64,000 nucleotides of DNA from Gemmatimonadales bacterium (GCA_037189525.1 JBBCJC010000005.1:64001-128000); one strand, 5' to 3'. Counted from the stretch's first letter, positions 9,261 to 19,802 are shown. A program made the numbers and translations. Notes: a model not told the origin generated them from the sequence alone.

Positions 9261-10983
9261 ACCGTCGCTCCAGTTCGTCGACCGGCACCGTCACGATGGT
9301 CGAACGGCCATGGACATCGTGCGGTGGCAGCGCCGTCTCGAACAAACGCAGCAGCAAGGTGCGCATCTCCGGCTCCGAGAGCGGCATCCCGGCCTTGACC
9401 GCTGCGCGGCAGGCGTAGGTGGCCGCGAACCGTTCGAGCCGGTTTGCCCAGCCTCCGAACCGACCGCGGGCCAGGTCGGCCACCAGTTCGCGGAAGCAAG
9501 CTGTCGCATCGAAACGAGGATGCGGCGTCGGCACCGCGTGCAGCACTACGCTCCGCCCGCCGAATGGCGCCACTTCGAATCCGACCCGGGTCAGTTCGTC
9601 GCCGAACCGCTCGACCGCTTCGAGTTCGTCGTCGTTGAGTTCGACCGTGATCGGCAGCAGCAAGCGCTGGCTGGCAATCACCCCGGACTGGAAGTCGCCC
9701 ATGACCTGTTCGTAGAGCACCCGCTCGTGCGCCGAGTGCTGGTCGACGAAGACGGCGCCCTCGGCGGTTTCGAAGACGATGTAGGTGTTGCGCAACTGGA
9801 GGAGCGGTGTCGTGATCGTCCGCGGCGACACGTGGGTCACCACCGGGGCGGCGGCATCGGCCGGGTCACCAAACAGCTCCGGCATGATCTCCGGAGCAAC
9901 CGCCGATCGCTCGAGAACCGGCGCTGCGTGCCAACCGGGAACGGGCCGGTCCGCAATTGCCGTGATGGATGCGGAGGCGTCGAGCGCTCCCAGACCGAGT
10001 TTGACCGCCTCCTCGACCGCCCGCTCCACCGCGAACCGTTCCCGAAAACGGACCTCGAGTTTGGCGGGATGGACATTGACGTCGACATCGCCGGCTGCCA
10101 CCGAGATCCGTAACAGCAACGAAGGGCGATCGCCGGGAGCAATGGCCGAACGGTAGCCGTTTTCCGCCGCCCGGATCAGAAACGGATCGCGAAAGGGCCG
10201 CTCGTTCACGAACAGCTGAACCCGCCGTCCCGTCGGGCGCGCATCGGACGGCCGTTGGATCAGACCTTCGACCTGAACCGATCCGACGGCATGGCGCACC
10301 GGCACCATCGTCGCCACGACATCACGGCCCCAGACCACGCCCAACCGCCCGGTGAGATCCTGATCGGCGGGCACCTCGAGACGCCGGCTGCCATCGGCAA
10401 TCAGTTCGAAGCCCACATCGGGGTGCGCCAGCGCGAGAACGCCAACCGCTTCCCAGACGGCCCGCAACTCGCTCGACACGGAACGCAGGAACTTGCGGCG
10501 CGCCGGCGTGTTGAAGAACAGGCTGCGCACCGTGACCGTGGTGCCGCGCTGGCGCGCAATCGTCTCGACCCGGTCGATCCGGCTCCCGGTCAAACTGACT
10601 TCGGTCCCCTCCCCAGCCCCATCGGAGGTGGCGAGCGTCAGCCGGGACACGGAGGCGATGGCCGGCAGCGCTTCGCCGCGAAAGCCGAAGGTCTGGACCC
10701 CGACCAGGTCGGACGCCGCCACGATCTTGCTGGTGGCGTGACGGTCGAGCGCCAGCACTGCATCGTCGCGGTCCATCCCGCGGCCATCGTCGCTGACTAC
10801 GATGGACTGTTTACCGCCCTCGGCGATCTCGACGCGCACGTGGCGCGCGCCGGCATCGATGGCGTTCTCGATCAATTCCTTGACGACGGAGGCAGGCCGA
10901 TCGACGACCTCACCGGCCGCGATCTGATTGGCGACTGCATCGGGGAGGATGGCGATCCGGCGGCCGGGCATTGCGACAGACAC
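9247..10983 (-). CDS. mutL: DNA mismatch repair endonuclease MutL
   Basis: NQIAAGEVV, GFRGEAL, DVNVHPAK, DQHSAHERVLYE. Confidence 0.97.
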   Translation of the reverse strand: MSVAMPGRRIAILPDAVANQIAAGEVVDRPASVVKELIENAIDAGARHVRVEIAEGGKQSIVVSDDGRGMDRDDAVLALDRHATSKIVAASDLVGVQTFGFRGEALPAIASVSRLTLATSDGAGEGTEVSLTGSRIDRVETIARQRGTTVTVRSLFFNTPARRKFLRSVSSELRAVWEAVGVLALAHPDVGFELIADGSRRLEVPADQDLTGRLGVVWGRDVVATMVPVRHAVGSVQVEGLIQRPSDARPTGRRVQLFVNERPFRDPFLIRAAENGYRSAIAPGDRPSLLLRISVAAGDVDVNVHPAKLEVRFRERFAVERAVEEAVKLGLGALDASASITAIADRPVPGWHAAPVLERSAVAPEIMPELFGDPADAAAPVVTHVSPRTITTPLLQLRNTYIVFETAEGAVFVDQHSAHERVLYEQVMGDFQSGVIASQRLLLPITVELNDDELEAVERFGDELTRVGFEVAPFGGRSVVLHAVPTPHPRFDATACFRELVADLARGRFGGWANRLERFAATYACRAAVKAGMPLSEPEMRTLLLRLFETALPPHDVHGRSTIVTVPVDELERRFGRR

Positions 10984-10986
10984 GCC

Positions 10987-13278
10987 TCAATCTACACGGT
11001 CGACCTGAGCAACGGAGATTGCCGGCACCCAGCCGCGGTTGCCGAAGCGATCACGCACCCGGACCCAATCGGCGCGCCGCTCTTCGACGGTAACACGGGT
11101 GAGTCCCGGCAGCTGACCTTCCTCGGGTGCCAGGCCATGCGGCGATCGCTTGAGGGCCACAGAGGCGGTGGCAAAGGCCTGCCCCCGAGGCAATTGCGGC
11201 CACGTCATTGCCACGATCGAGAGCGTGACACCCACGCCGATGGCACTCCAGCGAAGCCGCGGTCGATGCCGGAATCGGACCACCACGATCACCGCCAGGA
11301 TCCAGACCAGCGCCGAGATCAGGCCCCATTCGAGCCGCGAGATGCCGCGCGGCGGACGCGCTTGATGGAGCGGCTCGTACTGGCGCTCGAGCGTACTCCA
11401 GAGCGCCCGGGCCTCCGCCTGGCGCGGTGCCAACGCCAGTGCCCGGGTCAGGCGAGCGGCGGCGGCCGCGTCTTCGCCGCTCAGGTAGCGCGCCGCGGCG
11501 GCGTTGTACCAGAGCTGCCATTCGTCGCTCCGCTCGGCAGCAGCTCGTTCGAAGCCGGCGGCGGCAGCGTGAAAGGCCCCGTCGCGATATAACGTGGCCG
11601 GATCTTCCTGCGCAGCAACCTGGCGCCCGGCCAGCATCAGGATCAGCGCGAGTCCGGCGCGGCGGCGCACCACCCCCGGCGCCGTTTCGATTACGCGACG
11701 TGCTTCGGCACCCAGCGCATCTGTGGCGCCACCAGACCCGGGCGTAAAGCGGAGCCGGTCGAGTTCGAGCTTGAGCCGCGCGGCGTGCCCGGCGGCCTCC
11801 CGCGACAGGCCTGCACGCCGGAGCCCACCTTCCAACCGCTCCACCTGGCCGCGATCGACTTCGGGCACCAGTCGCACCACCAGCTGCTCGAGCGCCGCCA
11901 CGCCGTCGATCTCAGGCCGAGGTGCCGCGCGCTGACGACGGCGCCGCCGCGCAACCTCTGTCCCGAGGGCCACCAGCACGGGTAGCACGAGAATGGCCCA
12001 CCACACCGCCCGCCCTGGCTCGAGTAGTGTCAGCACCGCCGGGCGCGCACTCGGAACCACCAGAGGTGGCGCGGTTCGGCCGGCCGTTCGGCTTTTCCCA
12101 GGTAGAACCGGCACCACCATTCCGGGCGCCGTGGCAACCCGGAAACCGGAGTTCGCATCGAAGTAGTCATATCGAAGCTCCGGTAGCGCCACGCTTCCTG
12201 CGCTGTCGGCGACGACCAGGAAATGGAACGTCTTGGTTCCACCCAGCAACCCGGCCGCCAGTCGCTCCGCATCGCCCGTCTTGTCGAGATATGCGCGGGT
12301 ACCGGCTGGCCAGCTCACTTCGGGCGGCGCCCAGAACGCCAGGTTGCCGGTTCCCGACAGCGTCACTTCCACCGGCAGCGGTTCGCCCGCGTGCGCCGGC
12401 AGCGTCTGGATCCGATACGCGATGCGCAGGCCCCCCGCCGTCGGACCGCGAGACCCCGGCGGCATCCCATCGCTCGGAACCGGAAGGACCTCCACGGCCA
12501 CCGGCGCGCTGGTGGCTTCGACGGGACGTTCGGCCGACACCGCGCGCCGTGGCGGTATGGTGTACTCGAGCCGGGCCGGCGGGACCACGATCCGACCTGG
12601 CGTGAGCGGAAAGGTGACCTGATGGCTCACGAACAGGTCGTAGGTGTCGTTGCCGACCGCGCGCGTCGCAACGATTCCCGGAATCGCCGGCTGCGGAACC
12701 GACCAGACCCCCGGCAGCACGGCCGGTTTGAGCGTGGGCGACCGGCGCAGTCGCGCGCGCAGGCTGCGAGAAAACCAGGCGGCGGTCAGGACGTCGAGCT
12801 GGCCGCCCTGGTGGATCCGCGTGTCGGAGACCAGCGTCACCAGCGTGGCCGCTTCACCAGGCACCGGCTCCGGGACGCGCCGGATCAGCTCCAGGAGCCG
12901 CGGATTCCTGGCCGGGTCAGCCGCGGACGTGCCGACAACCGTGATCCGGACATCCGGAGCCGCATGCGACTCGTTGCCGACCGACACGACGAGTGGCGAC
13001 ATCGACCAGGTTCCGACCCGGGAAGCGCGCAGGGTCAATTCGAGCTGGTAGGCACGAGCGCCGGGCATGCCGACCACCACGTCATCCAATCGCTCGACAC
13101 GGCCCACCACATCGAACCCGGCAATCGGCGGCCGGTGGACCTGGAACGTCCCGGAAGCGGTCGACACGGCCCGAACGGTGAACACGACTTCTTCCCCGAC
13201 TGCGACCCGGCTTCGATCGGCCTCGGCCGTCACCGTCGTCCCCATCGTCTGCCAGAGCAGCATCAGCCATGCAAACAT
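10987..13278 (-). CDS. BatD-like protein fused to a BatE-like TPR/SH3 module
   Basis: Ig-like BatD repeats, TM, TPR (WYNAAAA), TMs and a C-terminal SH3-like end (W..V..G..GWV); last gene of the MoxR/VWA cluster. Confidence 0.75.
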   Translation of the reverse strand: MFAWLMLLWQTMGTTVTAEADRSRVAVGEEVVFTVRAVSTASGTFQVHRPPIAGFDVVGRVERLDDVVVGMPGARAYQLELTLRASRVGTWSMSPLVVSVGNESHAAPDVRITVVGTSAADPARNPRLLELIRRVPEPVPGEAATLVTLVSDTRIHQGGQLDVLTAAWFSRSLRARLRRSPTLKPAVLPGVWSVPQPAIPGIVATRAVGNDTYDLFVSHQVTFPLTPGRIVVPPARLEYTIPPRRAVSAERPVEATSAPVAVEVLPVPSDGMPPGSRGPTAGGLRIAYRIQTLPAHAGEPLPVEVTLSGTGNLAFWAPPEVSWPAGTRAYLDKTGDAERLAAGLLGGTKTFHFLVVADSAGSVALPELRYDYFDANSGFRVATAPGMVVPVLPGKSRTAGRTAPPLVVPSARPAVLTLLEPGRAVWWAILVLPVLVALGTEVARRRRRQRAAPRPEIDGVAALEQLVVRLVPEVDRGQVERLEGGLRRAGLSREAAGHAARLKLELDRLRFTPGSGGATDALGAEARRVIETAPGVVRRRAGLALILMLAGRQVAAQEDPATLYRDGAFHAAAAGFERAAAERSDEWQLWYNAAAARYLSGEDAAAAARLTRALALAPRQAEARALWSTLERQYEPLHQARPPRGISRLEWGLISALVWILAVIVVVRFRHRPRLRWSAIGVGVTLSIVAMTWPQLPRGQAFATASVALKRSPHGLAPEEGQLPGLTRVTVEERRADWVRVRDRFGNRGWVPAISVAQVDRVD

Positions 13279-13281
13279 GGC

Positions 13282-14895
13282 CTACCAGTCCTTGTCCGCG
13301 GCGCTGCGCGCCACCCGTCGCCGGCGGACCTGCTCCGACCGAACCGATTGCTCCGCACGTTCGACCGAGCGGAGGATCTGCTCAGCCTCCGATGCCGTCA
13401 TCCCGGCCGGTCGAGGCGTGGGAGTGCCCGCGCCCGATCGAGGCTGCGGTGGGGTCGGCTGCGGCTGATTCGACGACGGCGGTGGCGGGCGCCGCCGAGA
13501 GACCAGTTCGAGGTTCCACTTGGTGGCAAACGAGGTGGGCGCCATGGTCAGCGCCTCCCGAAAGTGCTGGGCGGCCTGCTGCTCTAACGCATTCCGCTGC
13601 GCCGAGTCGGCCCGGGAGGATTGGAGCGCCGCGAGCCCCAGGTTGTAGAGAGCCTGGAAGCGGACGGTGGGGTCGAGCGATTCAGCCGCGGCGGCCAGGG
13701 AGGCGCGAGCGCTCTGGTAGTCGCCGGTAAACAGGGCCAGCGATCCGGCGTTGTACCAACTCGTATCCGCCGCCCGGCCGGCCTTCGCCGCTTCCGAGAA
13801 GGCCGCGATCGACCGGGTCGTATCCCGCGCGCGCAATCGGGCAATGCCGGTCGCGGGGCGCTGCGCAACAGCATCCGCGCCGAGAATGGCCAGCCAGGCA
13901 ATCGCCACCAGGGCCGCCCGTCGGCGGAGCGCCGCCTGCAGCAGCAGAATCGCAAAGGCGCCTAACGCAAAGGCCCAGGCCTTGGGTATCATATCCTCCG
14001 CGCGCTGCCCGCGGGCCGGACTCCGTTCCAGCGCCGCGAGCGTTTTCCAGACCGCGCCGGCCTGATCCGGAAAATCGGCCGGCACCAGAATCCCGCGGGC
14101 GGCGTCCGCCACCATACGGAGGACGTCGTCTCGCCGGTTGCTCAGCACGTCCTGTCCCGATTCATCCTTGACATAGCTCTGGATCTGGCCCGCGTCGTCG
14201 CGGAGCGGAATCCGGGTCGGGGCCGTACCGCCTGCACCGACCACGATGAGGGTGACACCTGCATCGCGCAGCGAGCGAGCCGCTTCCCGTACCGGAGCGA
14301 GCGAATCGTGAGTCTCACCATCGGTAAAGAGGACCATCGCCCGCGCGCCACCTTCACTGACCGCTTCGAGCAGTTCCCGCCCCTGGCGCAAGACCGTGGC
14401 GAGCGCGGTGCCTCCTTCGCTGGCCACTTCGGGATCGAGCGCGTCGAGCTGCAGTTCGACCGCGCCGTCATCGAGTGTCAGCGGAGTCAGGATGTAGCTC
14501 CGTCCGGCAAAGGCCAGCAGCGCTATCCGGTCGCCCCTGGCATCCTGAAGCAACCGGCGGCTTTCCCGGACCGCGTGCCCCAATCGATTCGGCGCCGCAT
14601 CTTCGGCCAGCATCGAACGGCTGATGTCGATGGCCACCACGACGTTGAGGGCGCGGGTCTCGGTGCTGCTCTCCGTCCGGCCCCAGCGCGGCCCCGCAAT
14701 GCCCAATCCGATCAGCAGCGCACCGAGCGCCACGGCCATGAGTCCGAGCCGGCCGCGTCCGGCCAGCGCCGCCTGGGTTCCCGACCAGGCCGCCGCCGCT
14801 CGCACCCGGCAATGCCTGGCCCACCACGCCACGGCCAGCACGACCAATCCGATGACCGGAGCCAGCCACACCGCCAGCGGCAGATCGAAGGTCAT
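13282..14895 (-). CDS. VWA + TPR protein (BatB/BatC-like fusion)
   Basis: DISRSM MIDAS, FTDGE, TPR YNLG, C-terminal KDW. Confidence 0.85.
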   Translation of the reverse strand: MTFDLPLAVWLAPVIGLVVLAVAWWARHCRVRAAAAWSGTQAALAGRGRLGLMAVALGALLIGLGIAGPRWGRTESSTETRALNVVVAIDISRSMLAEDAAPNRLGHAVRESRRLLQDARGDRIALLAFAGRSYILTPLTLDDGAVELQLDALDPEVASEGGTALATVLRQGRELLEAVSEGGARAMVLFTDGETHDSLAPVREAARSLRDAGVTLIVVGAGGTAPTRIPLRDDAGQIQSYVKDESGQDVLSNRRDDVLRMVADAARGILVPADFPDQAGAVWKTLAALERSPARGQRAEDMIPKAWAFALGAFAILLLQAALRRRAALVAIAWLAILGADAVAQRPATGIARLRARDTTRSIAAFSEAAKAGRAADTSWYNAGSLALFTGDYQSARASLAAAAESLDPTVRFQALYNLGLAALQSSRADSAQRNALEQQAAQHFREALTMAPTSFATKWNLELVSRRRPPPPSSNQPQPTPPQPRSGAGTPTPRPAGMTASEAEQILRSVERAEQSVRSEQVRRRRVARSAADKDW

Positions 14896-15866
14896 CCGAC
14901 CCTCCGCGCCACCGTGGCGGCCGCCACCAATTCCAGCAACAGCGCACCGAGCGCCAGCATCAGGAAAGGCCCGGTGCTCTCATCGAGCGAGCGGTATCGC
15001 ACCATCTCGACCTGGTTCCGCTCCAACTGATCGATCTGCGCAAAGATCCGGCTCAACGCATCGCTGTCCTTGGCCCGGAAATACCGGCCTCCGGTCTGGG
15101 TGGCGATATCGGTCAGCAGCGCTTCGTCGATCCGCACCGGGAGCATTTCGTAGCGATAGCCGGTCAAACCGCGCCCGGTCGGAATCCGCGCCTCGCCTTC
15201 GGTGCCCACCCCGATGGTGTAAACCCGCACCCCCATCGCGCGGGCGGCTTCGGCCGCCGTTCTCGGATCGATGGCGCCGCGGTTGTTCTCGCCGTCGGTC
15301 AAGAGCAGCACCACCTTGGACGGACTCTCGATCCGACGCAGCCGATTGACCGCCGTCGCCAAGCCGCTGCCGATAGCCGTCCCGTCGTCGAGGGCGCCGA
15401 TCCGCAAGTCGAGCACCGCCTGTTCGAGTACCGGATAATCGAGGGTGATCGGCACCTGGGTCAGCGCCTCGCCGGCAAATGCCACCAGACCGATGCGATC
15501 GGCGTCACGACCGCGAATGAATCCGATGGCCTGCTGCTTGGCCACTTCGAGCCGGTTGGACGGCGCAAAATCCTCAGCCAGCATGCTGCTGGAGACGTCG
15601 ATCGTGATCACGATCGAGATCCCCTCGCGTTTGACGGTGGTCCGGTCGCCCGGAAAGCGAGGACCGGCCGCCGCCACGACCAGCGCCGCGAGCGCGAGCG
15701 ACCGGGCCGCCACCGGAAGGTGCGCAACCCAGGACGCGCGGGCCGCCCGGCGCGCCACATGGCCATCGGCAATCCGGACCGCCGGCGGCGGCCGGCGGCG
15801 GCGCCACCAGAGCCAGAGCGGAATCAAGGCAAGGAGCAGAAGCAGGATCGGACGGGCGAAGCTCAT
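14892..15866 (-). CDS. VWA domain protein (BatA-like)
   Basis: DVSSSM MIDAS, GTAIG, LLTDGENN, TGGRYFRA. Confidence 0.9.
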   Translation of the reverse strand: MSFARPILLLLLALIPLWLWWRRRRPPPAVRIADGHVARRAARASWVAHLPVAARSLALAALVVAAAGPRFPGDRTTVKREGISIVITIDVSSSMLAEDFAPSNRLEVAKQQAIGFIRGRDADRIGLVAFAGEALTQVPITLDYPVLEQAVLDLRIGALDDGTAIGSGLATAVNRLRRIESPSKVVLLLTDGENNRGAIDPRTAAEAARAMGVRVYTIGVGTEGEARIPTGRGLTGYRYEMLPVRIDEALLTDIATQTGGRYFRAKDSDALSRIFAQIDQLERNQVEMVRYRSLDESTGPFLMLALGALLLELVAAATVARRVG

Positions 15867-16609
15867 CGTCCCTCCGTGACCCACCGCCTGGCGCGCAGAA
15901 TCAGCTCATCGACGTCGGCGGGCGGCGCATCCGGGCGGAACGCCACCTGATCGAGTTCGGCCAGCAAGCCGTCCCGCGTCGCCGCGGCCGACGGATCGGC
16001 GGCCCGCGTCCGCTCGACCAGGTGGGCCCACCCGTCCAGCGCCACCCGCAACTCGCCCGAGCGTTGCCAGCGATCGAGCCGATCGATGGGCGGAGGTTCC
16101 TCGGGCACCGCCGCGGGAGGTGCGCTGCGCGGCCGGCGCCGGCGGGCCAGCACCACCCCCACCGGCAAAGCGATCAGCGCGGCAAGCAGACCGAGTACCG
16201 TCAACGGAAGGACGGAGCGTTCATTCTGCTCCAAGAGCCCGGCAGCGGGCCGAGGTGTGATCGTGTCTACCGGTCCCGGTGGCAACACGCTCCGCACGGT
16301 CACGACAACTTCCCTGGCCCGCAGGGTGTCCGAACGACCGGCGGGATTCACCACGATCGGGCCCGGAATCGAAACGGCGTGCGTCCCCGGATACCAGAAC
16401 GCCACCGGGTAGCGAATGGTCGCACTATCACGGGAAAAGTCGACCACCGGCGGACCCAGCACCTGGCCGAGCTCACCGAGTACCCAGGGCTGGGGGCGAA
16501 GAATCTGATCGGCCGCCAACCGAACGGTCGACGTAACCCAGACCGTGTCGCCCACCGTCGGCACCCGGGGCGGCTGGAACGCCAGCAGCACAGCAAGCAG
16601 GCCGATCAT
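15863..16609 (-). CDS. Bat-cluster membrane-anchored protein
   Basis: Signal peptide, beta-rich domain, single TM followed by RRRR; ATGA overlaps with neighbours. Confidence 0.65.
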   Translation of the reverse strand: MIGLLAVLLAFQPPRVPTVGDTVWVTSTVRLAADQILRPQPWVLGELGQVLGPPVVDFSRDSATIRYPVAFWYPGTHAVSIPGPIVVNPAGRSDTLRAREVVVTVRSVLPPGPVDTITPRPAAGLLEQNERSVLPLTVLGLLAALIALPVGVVLARRRRPRSAPPAAVPEEPPPIDRLDRWQRSGELRVALDGWAHLVERTRAADPSAAATRDGLLAELDQVAFRPDAPPADVDELILRARRWVTEGR

Positions 16610-17490
16610 TTCGTCTTCCGCCGCTTGGGCGCAAACGCCCGGCGAAGGATCGGCGCGTAGTCCTCGGCCACGTCGATGGCCACGTGGCGCACCCCGGCTG
16701 CCCTGAGCCGCTGATTGCGTTCCGCGATCCGGCCGGCGGCAGCCTCGGTCCATCGGGTGCGGGCCTGCTGGTCTGACAGATCAACCAGATGTCGCGCCCC
16801 GGACTCGGCGTCGGAAAATTCGAACCAGCCGTCGCCCGGCGGCGTGACCTCGCGGGCATCATCGACGGTAACCGCCGTGACGTCGTGGCGTGCCGCCAGC
16901 CGCTTGAGCGGCGCATCCCAGTTGCCGCCCAGAAAATCGGAGATCAGAATCACCACGCCGCGATGCGCCAGCACCTTGGAGGCGTAGAGCACCGCGTTGG
17001 CAATGTCGGTGCCCTGATGTTCGGGACGGAAGGCGAGCAGATCGCGAATCAGCCGCAGGGCGTGCCGGCGGCCCTTCGACGGTCGCACCACATGTTCGAC
17101 CCGGTCGGTAAAGAGCAGCGCGCCGACCCGATCCTGCTCCCGCACGCCGGCCAGCGCCAGCACGGCCGCGATCTCGACGGCGCGGATGCCGCGCGCGACC
17201 GGTTCGCCCACGCGGGTGGATCCTGATTGGTCGACCACGAGCAGCAGGGTGAGTTCCCGCTCCTCGGTAAATGTTTTGATGAAGGGCGAGCCCAGGCGGG
17301 CGGAGACGTTCCAGTCGATGGCGCGGTAGTCGTCGCCCTGTTCATAGGCGCGCACCTCCGCGAACTCCATCCCCTGGCCGCGAAACACCGATCGCGACTC
17401 GCCGGCAAAGAGCGTATCGATGACGCCCCGGGTGCGAATCGCGATCCCTTTGACCTGCTTGAGTAACTCGGGGGAGACCCGAACCGTCAC
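16606..17490 (-). CDS. DUF58 family protein
   Basis: GMEFAEVRAYEQGDD.R.IDWNVSAR, VDQSGS, ISDF. Confidence 0.92.
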   Translation of the reverse strand: MTVRVSPELLKQVKGIAIRTRGVIDTLFAGESRSVFRGQGMEFAEVRAYEQGDDYRAIDWNVSARLGSPFIKTFTEERELTLLLVVDQSGSTRVGEPVARGIRAVEIAAVLALAGVREQDRVGALLFTDRVEHVVRPSKGRRHALRLIRDLLAFRPEHQGTDIANAVLYASKVLAHRGVVILISDFLGGNWDAPLKRLAARHDVTAVTVDDAREVTPPGDGWFEFSDAESGARHLVDLSDQQARTRWTEAAAGRIAERNQRLRAAGVRHVAIDVAEDYAPILRRAFAPKRRKTK

Positions 17491-18464
17491 GGCACCGGTA
17501 CCCGCGCAAGCACTTGTTCAACGATCGAATCGCTGGTCACGTCTTCGGCTTCCGCTTCGAACGAGAGGACGATCCGATGGCGCATCACATCCGCGGCAAG
17601 CGCCTGGATGTCCTGCGGCGTCACGTAACCGCGCCCTTGCAGTACGGCATGGGCGCGGGCCGCCTGCGCCAGCGCAATCGACGCGCGCGGCGAGGCCCCG
17701 AAGGCAATCAGCGGCACCAGGTTGCTGAGCCCGACCGTATCCGGCTCCCGGGTGGCGCGGACCAGGTCGACGATGTAGTCCGCCAGCCGCGGATCGAGGT
17801 GCGCATGGAGGGTGAGCCGGCGGAGTTCGATGACCGTGTCCGGATCGAGCACCGGCGCCACCACGATCGGATCGCCGCCGCTCATCCGCTGCAGGATTTC
17901 GCGCTCGTCGGACCGGGTCGGATAACCCACCCGGATCTTGAGGAGGAAGCGGTCGAGCTGCGCTTCGGGCAACGGATAGGTGCCCTCGTTCTCGATCGGA
18001 TTCTGCGTGGCCAGCACCAGAAATGGCTCGGGCAAAGCATAGGTCTGCCCGCCAATCGACACCTGGCGTTCCTGCATCGCTTCGAGCAGCGCCGACTGGA
18101 CCTTGGCCGGCGCCCGGTTGATCTCGTCGGCCAGCACGATATTGGCAAAGAGCGGCCCCTGCTTGGGCCGGAATTCCTGCGTCTTCGGATCGAAGATCAT
18201 GGTGCCGACGATATCGGCGGGGAGCAGATCCGGCGTGAACTGGATCCGCGAGAAGCTCGCTCGAAAAGTCTCGGCCAGCGTCTTGACGGCCAGCGTCTTG
18301 GCCAGCCCCGGCACACCTTCCAGGAGGACGTGGCCGCCGGTGAGCAATCCGACCGCGAGGCGTTCGACCATCTGGCGCTGTCCCACGATGCGCCGGCCGA
18401 CTTCATCCAGCGCGCGACGCAGTACCTCGGTATGGGGAATCGCAGCGGCAGCGGGAGCGGTCAT
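17487..18464 (-). CDS. MoxR family AAA+ ATPase
   Basis: EGVPGLAKT, RIQFTPDLLP, DEINRAPAKVQSALLEAM, YPLPEAQLDRF. Confidence 0.95.
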   Translation of the reverse strand: MTAPAAAAIPHTEVLRRALDEVGRRIVGQRQMVERLAVGLLTGGHVLLEGVPGLAKTLAVKTLAETFRASFSRIQFTPDLLPADIVGTMIFDPKTQEFRPKQGPLFANIVLADEINRAPAKVQSALLEAMQERQVSIGGQTYALPEPFLVLATQNPIENEGTYPLPEAQLDRFLLKIRVGYPTRSDEREILQRMSGGDPIVVAPVLDPDTVIELRRLTLHAHLDPRLADYIVDLVRATREPDTVGLSNLVPLIAFGASPRASIALAQAARAHAVLQGRGYVTPQDIQALAADVMRHRIVLSFEAEAEDVTSDSIVEQVLARVPVP

Positions 18465-18495
18465 GAGCTTTCCTTGTCCGACCGACGTCGGAACG

Positions 18496-19221
18496 TTAGG
18501 GCGCCGGCAGGTCGATCGCCCGATACAGTGCTTTGATTTCGGGTGGCGTGAGCGGACGCCACTCACCCGGTTTCAGGTCGCCCAGGCGGATCGGCCCATA
18601 CGAGAGCCGCGCCAGCCGTTCGACTTTGCCGCCCATCTCGGCCACCCACTTCCGGACCACGGCATTGCGTCCTTCGGCGAGGGTGACGTCGATCAAGGTA
18701 CGACCCGCTCGCCCCGCCTGGACCCGGACCGTCAAGGGGACGACCGGACGGCCATCTACCACCACGCGCCCGGCCGTTGCCTTGGTAAACGCTTCGGTCG
18801 TGTTGCCGTGCACGAGCACGGTGTAGCGGCGCGGGATCCGATACTTCGGATGGGTCAGACGGTGGACCGCGTCGCCATCGGTGGTCAGGAGCAGCACGCC
18901 GGTCGTCATCACGTCGAGCCGGCCGACGTAGGTCAGACCCTTGTGATCCGGAATCAGATCGAAGACGGTCTGCCGCCCTTCCTCGTCCGCAGCAGTCGTC
19001 ACGATCCCGAGCGGCTTGTGCAGCACCAGCCACCGGGTGGCCACCGGACGGACCCGCCGCCCCTTGATGACGATCTTCTGGACGTCGGGATCGACCTTGG
19101 TGCCTAACGTGGCCACCACGCCGTCGACGCTGACCTCCCCCGCCTCGATCAACACCTCGGCCTGACGGCGAGAGGCGATACCCGCACGCGCCAAGGCCCG
19201 CTGCAGGCGCATCACGGTCAT
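18496..19221 (-). CDS. rluB: rRNA pseudouridine synthase (RluB/RsuA family)
   Basis: S4 domain (RLQRALARAGIASRR), VGRLD catalytic motif, follows scpB. Confidence 0.85.
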   Translation of the reverse strand: MTVMRLQRALARAGIASRRQAEVLIEAGEVSVDGVVATLGTKVDPDVQKIVIKGRRVRPVATRWLVLHKPLGIVTTAADEEGRQTVFDLIPDHKGLTYVGRLDVMTTGVLLLTTDGDAVHRLTHPKYRIPRRYTVLVHGNTTEAFTKATAGRVVVDGRPVVPLTVRVQAGRAGRTLIDVTLAEGRNAVVRKWVAEMGGKVERLARLSYGPIRLGDLKPGEWRPLTPPEIKALYRAIDLPAP

Positions 19222-19802
19222 GATTCGGCTTCGACGGAGACGGCGGCTTCCTCGTTCCGGTCGCCCTCGGGCTTGGCCGGCTGCAGCGCAATCGAGAGTT
19301 CGTCCACCCGCGGCAGGTTGGCAAGATCCGACATGCCGAGCAACTCGAGGAAGAGCGGCGTGGTGCCGTAGAGGAGCGGCCGGCCGAGTGCCTCGCTCCG
19401 TCCCACCACCTCGATCAGTCCCCGCTCCTGCAAGGTCCGCAACACGCCGGCGGCGCTGACTCCGCGGATCTCCTCGATCTCGGCCCGCCCGACCGGCTGC
19501 CGGTAGGCAATCGTCGCCAGGGTCTCGAGCATCGCGGCCGAGAGGCGCGGCGGCTTGGACGCCAGCTGCGCTCGTTCGATGGCGGCTGCGTAGACCGCGC
19601 GCGTCACGATCTGGAACCCGCCGGCCAGCTCGACCAGTTCGACGCCATGACCGTCGAAGTCATAGTGCTCGCGGAGCTGCTCCAGCGCCTGACGGATTTC
19701 GGCCAATCCGGCATCGGGATCGAGCGTCTGCAGTTCCTCGACCGTGACCGGGCGGGGCGCGGCAAACAGGGCGGCTTCAATCAGCTGATTCAGGTCGTTC
19801 AC
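19218..19802 (-). CDS. scpB: SMC-Scp complex subunit ScpB
   Basis: IEAALFA, LETLATIAYRQP, EIEEIRGV, GRPLLYGTT. Confidence 0.95.
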   Translation of the reverse strand: MNDLNQLIEAALFAAPRPVTVEELQTLDPDAGLAEIRQALEQLREHYDFDGHGVELVELAGGFQIVTRAVYAAAIERAQLASKPPRLSAAMLETLATIAYRQPVGRAEIEEIRGVSAAGVLRTLQERGLIEVVGRSEALGRPLLYGTTPLFLELLGMSDLANLPRVDELSIALQPAKPEGDRNEEAAVSVEAES

